Source of the DNA: a bacterium
Lineage (GTDB): Bacteria; Desulfobacterota; DSWW01
Reading direction: 5' to 3'
Assembly: GCA_040756235.1 (NCBI GenBank)
Contig: JBFLZG010000033.1
Coordinates: 9,864-73,863 of the forward strand
DNA: 64,000 nucleotides
Position numbers and translations under genes: made by a program. Within the stretch, counting starts at the first letter, position 1. The number at the start of each line of letters is the position of its first letter. The notes beneath the pieces are model-generated. The model did not search any database and was not told the DNA's origin. It was given only the letters and a program-made list of their open reading frames with translations. Shown here piece after piece: positions 50,118-57,651 of the stretch.

Positions 50118-50377
50118 ATCGGCTCCTTTCCCCGCCGCCTGAAGGCATCCCGAGCTTCCGTTGCAGAGCACCGCCCGCGAGCTGTCCCTCGTCCTGCCCT
50201 GGAGGGGCACTGGCGCGGACCGACGCCTGAAACCCGAAACCCGGTACCTGTCCCGCTGCATCCACCGTTGGCCGAGCGCGCGGAATTGTCAATACGCCCG
50301 AGCCGCGCCCTGACGACGATGCACTGCGCAGCCGATGATTGCAGGGCAGTCGAATTTCTGATGAATGAGCGATGGAT

Positions 50378-50821
50378 CTAGTGGAGGTAGGGGGCGATCT
50401 TCTTCTCTTCGCACGCGATGAGCATGCTGATCCGCTCCTGGGCGAGCTGCAGCTTGCGCCACGCCTCGTCCAGCCTCGCCAGGTGGATTTCTCTCCTGAG
50501 GTAGTCCAGGTACAGATCCAGGATCAGCTCGCTCGACGGCTCCAGCGCGGGAAAGTGAATGCCGTAGACGGAGGAAAGCTGGCCGCCGTTCCTCGCCGGC
50601 TCGTGCCAGACGATCCTGGCGTTCAGCTTCAGTCTGTCCACTTTGCCGGGCAGGGGAAGCTCAAAGGGAATGGTGGCATGCTCGTTCCAGAGGCACTGCG
50701 AGGTCTCTACGGCGCAGCCGGATCGAGAGATGTTCAGCACTCGGTACGAAAACGAGCCGCAGCCCCCCTGTGCTTCAACCTGACGGACCGGCAGGCGTTC
50801 GTCCCCTCTTCTCTCGTTCAT
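50378..50821 (-). CDS. PilZ-domain c-di-GMP-binding protein with C-terminal coiled coil
   Basis: ERRGDER (RxxxR) and NISRSG (D/NxSxxG); ARIVW and YGIHF strands. Confidence 0.82.
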   Translation of the reverse strand: MNERRGDERLPVRQVEAQGGCGSFSYRVLNISRSGCAVETSQCLWNEHATIPFELPLPGKVDRLKLNARIVWHEPARNGGQLSSVYGIHFPALEPSSELILDLYLDYLRREIHLARLDEAWRKLQLAQERISMLIACEEKKIAPYLH

Positions 50822-50880
50822 GACTTCCCTCGTGCGGCTGCGGCGTTTTGCGGGACAGGATCCCCTCAGCGCATGGGAAA

Positions 50881-50895
50881 TCAAGAAACGTGCCA
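50881..50895 (-). promoter_or_regulatory. Possible sigma54 promoter for pilZ
   Basis: Minus strand TGGCAC-GTTTC-TTGA (one mismatch at -12), 60 nt upstream of the ATG. Confidence 0.45.
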
Positions 50896-51133
50896 GCCGC
50901 CTGCTCGCGGCGGTCCGGTCCCGAACGAGCCGGGTTTCACCTCCAATCGGCCAAAACCAAACGGTTCTCGTCGCTTCCTGTTCCCGCAAAGACCAGCCAT
51001 CCTTGCGGCGCTGCTCGCCGCGGCTCCCTCCGACTTCTTCAATTGTGAAAATGTTTTCCTTCGCCGACGCTGCACAGCGGCTAGCCGTGCGCATTACCCA
51101 CAAGTCCAATCTGAAAGATCACACTGACTCCGT

Positions 51134-51254
51134 CCGTCGTCCCGGCCCCGCCGCGTAGCGTGTGCGAGCCGGGATCCAGAAGTCTGCACAAGGGAACGGA
51201 GGTGTCATCACGCGGAGCAGGGACTGGACCCCGGCCTGCGCCGGGGTGACGGAA
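51134..51254. repeat. Inverted REP pair (GTCRTCCCGG..GGATCCAG type)
   Basis: CCGTCGTCCCGGC..GCCGGGATCCAG and CTGGACCCCGGCCTGCGCCGGGGTGACGG; like the MITE interior. Confidence 0.65.
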
Positions 51255-51358
51255 CCGAGGAAACCGCGGCTGTCCGCTCCTTGGTCCTCCCGAATGACAG
51301 TCTCGGGCTGGATTTGCGTTGCGTCCCTGATGGGCCGACTTGTGGGTAAAGGGCAGGG

Positions 51359-53089
51359 CTAGCCGGCGGCGGGGGCAGACGTGCCATCCGGCTCCCCGAC
51401 CTTGAGCACGACGAGCGTGATGTCGTCCTGCTGGGCGTGCTGGGGGTTCTGTCCGCCCAGGTGCTCCCAGACAGCCTGATAGAGGCCGTCCAGGATGTCC
51501 GTCGCGGGCCGCTCTCGGAGCCGTCGGAGGTATCGGATGAACCGCCTCATGCCGAACGGCTCGCCCTCGGGGCTTTCCGCCTCGGTCAGCCCGTCCGTGT
51601 AGGCCACCAGGAGGTCGCCGGCGGAAAGGTCATACGATTTTTCCTCGAAGTCCACGTCTGCCAGGAAGCCGATGGCCATGCCTTCGCCGTCGAGCAGGAG
51701 AGGCTCTTCCTCCTCTTGCTTGAGCAGCAGCGCCGGGTTGTGGCCGCCGTTGGCGTACAAGAGCCTGCGCTCCGTCGGGTCGTAGCTGAAGAATGCCATG
51801 GTGATGAAGAGCTCGGAAGAAGAGAGGTCCTCGAACAGGAGCCGATTGACGTCCTTGAGAAGCTGGCCCGGGCTCCGCCCTCGAACGGCCTCGCTCTGCA
51901 ACAGCCCGCGCGTGATGGACATCATGATGCCGGCTCCGATGCTGTGGCCGCTCACGTCGGCCACCACGATCCCCACCCCCCCTTCCGGTGCCGGGAAGAA
52001 GTCGTAGTAGTCGCCTCCGACCCTCATGGCCGACACGCAACGACCCGCCAACTCGGTCCCGGGCAGGCAAGGCGCGTGCCTCGGCAGCAGATTTCTCTGC
52101 ACCTCGCCGGCGATCTCCATCTCCTTCTGGATGCGTTCGTTCTCTTTGAGGTCACGTATCAACATGCTGTTGTAGATCGAAAGCGCCGCCTGGGAGCTGA
52201 TGGCGGACAGGAGCTTCAGATCTCCGGCATGGTAGGTTCCCTGCGAAGGCTTGTCCGCCAGGTTGATGACCCCGATCACCTTCTCCTTGATCTTGAGCGG
52301 GCTCAGCAGAAGTGGCACGGAAAGAAACGACTCGGTCCGATACTCGCCCGGCCCGGGTGAGAGCACGCCGGGAAAATCCGCGAGGTCCTCGATCAAGAGC
52401 GGCTTGCCGGTCCGGATCACGTGCCCGCAGATACCCGTGTCCGTGCCGAGCACGAGCCCTTTGGCCACGTCTTCCGGGATCCCGGCCGACGCGATCACGC
52501 GCAGGGCGTTCAGCTTGGGGTCGACCAGGAGGATCGAGGCCTTCTCCGCGCCGATGACGTTCAACGCCTTGCGCAGCACGATCTCGCAGATTTCCCGGGT
52601 ATTGAAGACCGCCCCCATTTCTTCGCTGAGCTCGTAGAGGAGATTGAGCTCCTCGTACTTGTTCAGGATCTCGCTCGAAAGACTGTCGACGTCGTATTCG
52701 GCCTGGATCCTCTGCTGCAGCCAGTCCGCGGCGAGCTTGAGGCTCTGGCGCGCCAGCCCCCGGTCAGGAACCCCTGCGAGGCAGCCGCGAATCTCGGCCA
52801 CCCGCTGCTCCTGGAAACGCACTTCCTGGGTGATGACCGATTCCTCGGGGGAGCAGGACGAGCCCCAGTAGGGGCAGCGGGTGCCGGCACCGGTCCCGGA
52901 AGCTCTGCAGGTCGAAGCGGAACCGGCCGGGTAGCCGTCAGGCGGCAGGGCGTACAGGAGACGGCCGCTGCCGTCCGCCACGACCGTGGGGATCTTCGCG
53001 GCCGCGAACAGGCTGAACAGAAAAGAACGGACCTTCTCCGTACACAGGGTCTCCCCGACCGTGGCGGTCAAATCCCGGTCCCACATCAT
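51359..53089 (-). CDS. GAF-domain PP2C/SpoIIE phosphatase (RsbU-like)
   Basis: GAF (SFLSVPL..IGVINL); VGGDYYDF, ADVSGH, YTDGLTEA and QDDITLVV. Confidence 0.92.
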   Translation of the reverse strand: MMWDRDLTATVGETLCTEKVRSFLFSLFAAAKIPTVVADGSGRLLYALPPDGYPAGSASTCRASGTGAGTRCPYWGSSCSPEESVITQEVRFQEQRVAEIRGCLAGVPDRGLARQSLKLAADWLQQRIQAEYDVDSLSSEILNKYEELNLLYELSEEMGAVFNTREICEIVLRKALNVIGAEKASILLVDPKLNALRVIASAGIPEDVAKGLVLGTDTGICGHVIRTGKPLLIEDLADFPGVLSPGPGEYRTESFLSVPLLLSPLKIKEKVIGVINLADKPSQGTYHAGDLKLLSAISSQAALSIYNSMLIRDLKENERIQKEMEIAGEVQRNLLPRHAPCLPGTELAGRCVSAMRVGGDYYDFFPAPEGGVGIVVADVSGHSIGAGIMMSITRGLLQSEAVRGRSPGQLLKDVNRLLFEDLSSSELFITMAFFSYDPTERRLLYANGGHNPALLLKQEEEEPLLLDGEGMAIGFLADVDFEEKSYDLSAGDLLVAYTDGLTEAESPEGEPFGMRRFIRYLRRLRERPATDILDGLYQAVWEHLGGQNPQHAQQDDITLVVLKVGEPDGTSAPAAG

Positions 53090-53667
53090 CTCGTATGGCC
53101 TCTAGGAGCTCTGCCGCTGCCGGGGACCGGCTCGCCGCCGGGCTTGCGCCGCCGCCGGCCCGCCGCCCGGGCGGCCCTGTCCTCACGCAGCAGATACAAG
53201 CAGTTCCACCGGGCCCCGCGACGCACGTAGCGGACCTCGGTCATGAGCTTCTTCATGAGAAAGATACCGTACCCGCCTTCGCGGGGCTGGGCCAGGTCGG
53301 GGGACGGCATGCGGGTGGGGTCGAAGGGGGGCCCTTCATCGAGGACCAGGACCTCCAGGCCCTTACCGGCCCGGCGGATCGAGACGCCCAGCCTGCCGGT
53401 CGTGCCCGGAGCGTAGGCGTGACGGATGACGTTCGTACAGGCTTCGATGACGGCGAGCTCGATCCGGTACCGCTCGTCGGAGCTCTCCCGGTACTCCTCG
53501 TCACGGGAGAGCGTCTGCTGCAGGAACCGGGACACGCTCTCGAGGCGCTCCATGTCCGACTCGACCCAGAGGAAGCGTCGCGGCCTTCCCGCGGCCGTGC
53601 TCCCGGGGCGGACAAAACGGCTGCGCGCGCAGATCAGGCCCGGGGCTTCCTTGTCGTGGTCCGGCAT
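53086..53667 (-). CDS. Anti-sigma factor Ser/Thr kinase (RsbW-like HATPase_c)
   Basis: ELAVIEACTNVIRHAY, DEGPPFDP and EGGYGIFLM; start uncertain. Confidence 0.88.
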   Translation of the reverse strand: MPDHDKEAPGLICARSRFVRPGSTAAGRPRRFLWVESDMERLESVSRFLQQTLSRDEEYRESSDERYRIELAVIEACTNVIRHAYAPGTTGRLGVSIRRAGKGLEVLVLDEGPPFDPTRMPSPDLAQPREGGYGIFLMKKLMTEVRYVRRGARWNCLYLLREDRAARAAGRRRRKPGGEPVPGSGRAPRGHTR

Positions 53668-53695
53668 GCATCCCCCGAGAGGCTGTCGATAAATC

Positions 53696-53792
53696 CCCTC
53701 TCCCCCGAGCACGGGGGAGAGGGTCAGGGTGAGGGGGAAACACGAGCAGATCCACCCCTCATCCCGGCCTTCTCCCCTCGGCGAGGGGAGAA
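53696..53792. repeat. CCCTCACC/GGGAGAGG-type palindromic repeats
   Basis: Two units, homologous to 31596-31695. Confidence 0.7.
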
Positions 53793-53995
53793 AGTGCGAA
53801 AATCCTGGTGAGTTGCCAGCTGTCTGTCGCCGGTTGTCAGCAAGAATGAAGGCACGGCTTGTGCCGCACCGATGTCCTCCTTCTCCCTTGTATCGACCGT
53901 TTCTCCCCCGTATCTTAGGGGCCCCTGCCCCTGCGAAGTTATTCTTGCGTGGCCCCTTAGAGGCTCCCCGAAAGCCTAGGGACCGGAGGCGACCG

Positions 53996-54637
53996 ATGCG
54001 CATCTATGCGGTGGCGGACATCCATGGCCGGGCCGACAGGATGGCCCTGATCCGGGACAACGTCGAGAGGCATCGCCCCGACGTCCTGGTCGTGGCGGGA
54101 GACATCACGCACCGTGCGGCACCGCGCAGCGCCATCGCGTCCCTCGGAGATCTGCCGCTGCCGGTGCTGGCCGTCCGGGGAAACGCGGACCGAGCAGGAG
54201 TGGAAGGCCTGATCGAAGAGCACCCCGGAATGCATTCCCTGCATTTGAAGGAGATCTCGCTGGATGGCGTCGACTTCGTGGGGGTCCACGGCACCATTCC
54301 GCTCCCCTTCCGCTCCCGCGTCTGCTTCAGGGAGAAGGCGCTGCGGGAGCTCATCGAGCCCCTGCTGAAAGAGACCTCGGTGCTCGTCGCCCATCCCCCT
54401 CCGTTGGGCGTGCTGGACGAGGTGCTCGGCAGGCTCCACGCCGGGTCGAGGGCACTGCTCGAAATCATCCGGAGCCGCCAGCCCGCCCTGCTCCTGTGCG
54501 GTCACATCCATGAAAGGCCGGGATCGGCCCGCGTAGGAAGGACTCTCGTGGTCAACTGCAACCTGGCCCGCAGGGGCGCAGGAGCGCTGATCGAGATCGA
54601 AAAGGGAGAGGTCCTGAACGCCAGAATGCTCGAATAG
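53996..54637 (+). CDS. Calcineurin-like metallophosphoesterase
   Basis: ADIHG, AGDIT, GNAD, AHPPP and CGHIHE. Confidence 0.9.
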   Translation: MRIYAVADIHGRADRMALIRDNVERHRPDVLVVAGDITHRAAPRSAIASLGDLPLPVLAVRGNADRAGVEGLIEEHPGMHSLHLKEISLDGVDFVGVHGTIPLPFRSRVCFREKALRELIEPLLKETSVLVAHPPPLGVLDEVLGRLHAGSRALLEIIRSRQPALLLCGHIHERPGSARVGRTLVVNCNLARRGAGALIEIEKGEVLNARMLE

Positions 54638-54714
54638 TGGCAAGTGAATCGAGGCAAGGAGCCGTCTTCGGGCTCCGTCAGGGGTTGCCCGGCCTCGAGA
54701 GCGGACGTACGGCC

Positions 54715-54993
54715 TCACAACCTGGCGATCGCGGCGCCCACGAGACCCACCGCGAACCCCATTCCCGCCAGCTGGAGCCCTCTGCGCTTCTTGAGCGGAT
54801 CGTTGCCGCGGACGTCGGCAAGGAGCCGGAGGAAGCCCTTCGAGGGGGTTTCCGAGCCGCCTACCGAAGTAAGGGAAAGGTACATGCGGCCCAGGGATTC
54901 CTGAGAGGCCCGCAGCAGGCCCAGGCCGACCAGAAGCAGCACCGATCCGACCACCATGATGCAGGTCCCGAGAAACGTCCAGACAAGGCTCAT
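54715..54993 (-). CDS. Small two-TM membrane protein
   Basis: AAGGAG RBS; hydrophobic N- and C-termini; follows the 439-aa gene. Confidence 0.65.
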   Translation of the reverse strand: MSLVWTFLGTCIMVVGSVLLLVGLGLLRASQESLGRMYLSLTSVGGSETPSKGFLRLLADVRGNDPLKKRRGLQLAGMGFAVGLVGAAIARL

Positions 54994-55013
54994 GAGACGT
55001 GCTCCTTGTTGGC

Positions 55014-56333
55014 TCAGAGGGCGGCGTATTCACTCTTGACGGGAACCAGCGTCCGGCACCCGACCTGTTCCAGCAGGCTCGATGGAATCCTTTCCATCGC
55101 GTGTTTCTTGTACAGGTACTGGACGCAGGGGCTCCGCGGGTCTCTCATGGCGTGACCGTCCACCACGAAGATCCTCGGCTTTCCCCGGAACTGGTCCAGG
55201 TTGCTCAGCGCGCAGTGGCTGCAATAAATCGGAAAGTCTTTGCGGAAGAACGTGCAGGGATGGGGCGCATCCGCCAGGCTCAGGCCGTACCCGTAGCGGG
55301 GTGCCCTGTCCCCCATTTCTCCCCGGAAGAGCCTGCCTCCGCTGCCGCACGGGTCGAGGGTGAACTTGAAACGATCCTCTTCCTCCTCGACCCGGAACGT
55401 GGCCTGGTGATAGTGCCAGGTGTGGGCGATGAGGCGCAGCGAGGTCCGGTCATCCAGCGAACCATAGAGCTTGTAGGCACTCTGCCACATGCGGATGTAG
55501 GTCTCTGCCACCAGGTCGCTCACGCACTCGACGCCGTAGCGGCGGAGCACGGCGCTCTCCAGAAGCGTCACCCAGAGGTTCAGGAAATCGTGCAGCGGCC
55601 GCCAGCGGCGGTGATGGTCCCGGAGCAGATCTTCGATTCCGTCCAGCCTGCCTTCCCGGAGCCTCGCCAGGGCGAGGCTGCACTCCGGCGTGGTTGCCTC
55701 GGAAAGGTCCCGCTCTGAAAAAAGCCTCTGCCCCGAGCCGGAAGTCTTCAGGAGCCGGAAGCCGCACACGCCCATCCGCGCGGCATCCGGCCGGATCTCC
55801 AGCACCTGCCGGCCCGCCAGGTCGTTGAAGACCTCCTGCATCGTACGGCATCCCTGGCAGAAGGCAGGGGTGCCGTCCGAAAAGCGGCCGAAGCTTCCGG
55901 GGTCCGCCTCGTACCAGCCCTCGAGCAGGATCCTCCCTCCGGTGCCGCACGGGGCCAGGAGCATGATGAGCTCGCGGTCGGTCTCCGTGGGCTCGGTCAT
56001 GCCCCCCATGTGCACCCGCCACAGGGAGAGGAAGAAGCGAGCCGCCTCTTGCTCGCGCCCTTCCCGGTACGCCCGGGCCGGCGCGGCGATGAGCAGCCGC
56101 AAGGCTTCCTCGAGGACTTCCCGGGCGACCGGCTCGCCGTGATCGCTGCGGATCCGAGACACGATTCGAGCGATCCAGTACAGATAGCCCATGAAGAGGA
56201 ACTGGTGGCCCACCGACATGTACCCGATCCACCAGGCCAGCCGGTCCCGCCTTCCCTCGGCCAGGGCCTCGAGAGCCCACTCGGCGGGCGGCCGCACGTC
56301 CCTGCGGAGGGCCTCGGCGCTCTTGTAGATCAC
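55014..56333 (-). CDS. Hypothetical protein with an internally duplicated Cys-rich domain
   Basis: LAPCGTGGR..FCQGC..GVC and LDPCGSGGR..YCSHC..PCV; GTG start after AGGAG. Confidence 0.75.
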   Translation of the reverse strand: MIYKSAEALRRDVRPPAEWALEALAEGRRDRLAWWIGYMSVGHQFLFMGYLYWIARIVSRIRSDHGEPVAREVLEEALRLLIAAPARAYREGREQEAARFFLSLWRVHMGGMTEPTETDRELIMLLAPCGTGGRILLEGWYEADPGSFGRFSDGTPAFCQGCRTMQEVFNDLAGRQVLEIRPDAARMGVCGFRLLKTSGSGQRLFSERDLSEATTPECSLALARLREGRLDGIEDLLRDHHRRWRPLHDFLNLWVTLLESAVLRRYGVECVSDLVAETYIRMWQSAYKLYGSLDDRTSLRLIAHTWHYHQATFRVEEEEDRFKFTLDPCGSGGRLFRGEMGDRAPRYGYGLSLADAPHPCTFFRKDFPIYCSHCALSNLDQFRGKPRIFVVDGHAMRDPRSPCVQYLYKKHAMERIPSSLLEQVGCRTLVPVKSEYAAL

Positions 56334-56581
56334 GCTCCTGTCCTTCCGTGCACGGCTTGGTTCCCGGTCTCCGGCGGCAGCAGGAGGACGGACTCCGAGT
56401 CTGCGTGCGGTGGGTGTCTGCTGCCAGCGGCTGCAGGCCGCGAGCGTGGCGACCCCGCGCGAATGGGAGCTGCCACGGACGTTAATGGAGAGACGGCGGA
56501 AGTGTCAAGGCGCTTCCGGTGGCCGGTGGCCTCCCGGCGTGAGCGGGGGTGCTTCCGGCCCTCATCGGTCATGATGTTTCC

Positions 56582-56614
56582 TTGACATCGCTCCCGCAGT
56601 CGGATAAATAAATT
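56582..56614 (+). promoter_or_regulatory. Putative promoter of the riboswitch-led operon
   Basis: Perfect TTGACA followed by AT-rich GATAAATAAATT; the -10 is imperfect. Confidence 0.55.
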
Positions 56615-56645
56615 TGAAAGTCGCTGCCTTCCGATGCAGCGACGA

Positions 56646-56742
56646 CTCTCCGATCCCCGACGCCTAAAGCTGACGAGGCAATGGCGCAGGGACATTGAGC
56701 CCGGCTGAAAACGGCCGTGCTTCCCGTGCTTGGAAAGGAGAG
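56646..56742 (+). ncRNA. Moco RNA motif riboswitch, P3-less (tungsten-cofactor-type) variant
   Basis: P1 CTCTCC/GGAGAG; P2 with CCTAA..ATGG receptor-like motif; P4 with GAAA loop; P5 TTCCCGTGCTTGGAA followed by AGGAG, as in the moaA-leader CTCCCGTATTTGGAAAGG. Confidence 0.82.
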
Positions 56743-56748
56743 GGCGAG

Positions 56749-56780
56749 GGCCGACTCGTCAGCGCGGGTCGGCCTTTTTT
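56749..56780 (+). terminator. Intrinsic terminator acting as riboswitch expression platform
   Basis: GGCCGACTCG-TCAGCG-CGGGTCGGCC followed by T6, 133 nt before the first ATG. Confidence 0.85.
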
Positions 56781-56913
56781 GTTTTCCCCCTCTTTACGCC
56801 CGCCCGGGATCGTATCCCGCTGCATTCGTTTTGAGCGTCGGAGAGGCTTGGAGCCGTTCTCTTCAGCTCCGCAGACGGCCGTTCATCGGCAGCTCCGTGA
56901 AGGGAGGAGAGTC

Positions 56914-57651
56914 ATGGAGCCCCCTCGCCTGCTCATCGGCGTGGACGATACGGACAACAAGGATGACCCCATGGGGACCGGCAAGCTGGTTCGCCTTCTT
57001 TGGGGCGAACTGGAAACCCTCTTCCCGGGCACGGCCTCCGAGGGCGTCTTGCGCCTTCAACTCCTGGTGGACCCGCGGATCCCCTACACCAGCCACAACA
57101 GCCCCGCCTGCCTGATCCTGAGGACGCCGGAGGGAACGAGCGAATTCGAGGGGATCGCAGGAGCCGTCCATGCCTTTGTCCGACAACTCTCGGCCCCCGG
57201 CTCGGATCCGGGCGTGTGCATCGCCCGGATGCCGGACGTCAGCAGGGAAGTTGTCGAGTTCGGCCTCGAGGCCGCAAGCCGGGTGGTCGAGAGAGAACGG
57301 ACCGAAGCTCTGGCCCGTGCCGCAGGGCTTCATCTGACTGCCCTGGGCGGGGACGGAGGCGGCGTGATCGGCGCCCTGGCCGCCGTGGGCCTCGCGGTCC
57401 AGGGGAGCGCCGGCCGGTACATCGATTTCGCCACTCTCCGGGATCTCGGTGAAGAGGTTACGGCCGGTGATCTCAGAAGTCTGGGGGTCGAGGTCGTCAG
57501 CACGGACCGGGAAGGGAAGAGCCCGGGGGCGCGGGAGAAGATTCACACGGGCGGCTGGCTTCGCCCCCGACGGATCTGCGGCTCCCCCGTCCTGCTCGTG
57601 AAAGAGAGCGCCACCGGATGGACATGCTACGACAAGAAGCAGCGCTCCTGA
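56914..57651 (+). CDS. Stand-alone TiaS N-terminal-like (DUF1743/COG1571-like) protein
   Basis: LIGVDDTD..GT, RLQLLVDPRIPYTSHNSPAC, SDPGVC and GGVIGALAAVG; lacks the OB and Zn-ribbon tRNA-binding domains. Confidence 0.72.
   Translation: MEPPRLLIGVDDTDNKDDPMGTGKLVRLLWGELETLFPGTASEGVLRLQLLVDPRIPYTSHNSPACLILRTPEGTSEFEGIAGAVHAFVRQLSAPGSDPGVCIARMPDVSREVVEFGLEAASRVVERERTEALARAAGLHLTALGGDGGGVIGALAAVGLAVQGSAGRYIDFATLRDLGEEVTAGDLRSLGVEVVSTDREGKSPGAREKIHTGGWLRPRRICGSPVLLVKESATGWTCYDKKQRS

Noticed and set aside
50830..51130. c-di-GMP riboswitch upstream of pilZ
   Set aside because: Could not find the GEMM GGCAAA..GACGCAAA two-stem pattern on the coding strand.
53849..53868. GGCACGGCTTGTGCC as a sigma54 promoter
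   Set aside because: Mismatches at both conserved blocks in either orientation; too weak to call.
56620..56780. Cobalamin or TPP riboswitch, expected ahead of TBDR/ECF genes
   Set aside because: No B12-box or TPP CTGAGA core seen; the Moco-motif hallmarks fit better.
56914..57651. Calling the gene tiaS (tRNA-Ile2 agmatinylation)
   Set aside because: Too short, lacks the tRNA-binding domains, and sits in a bacterial transport context.
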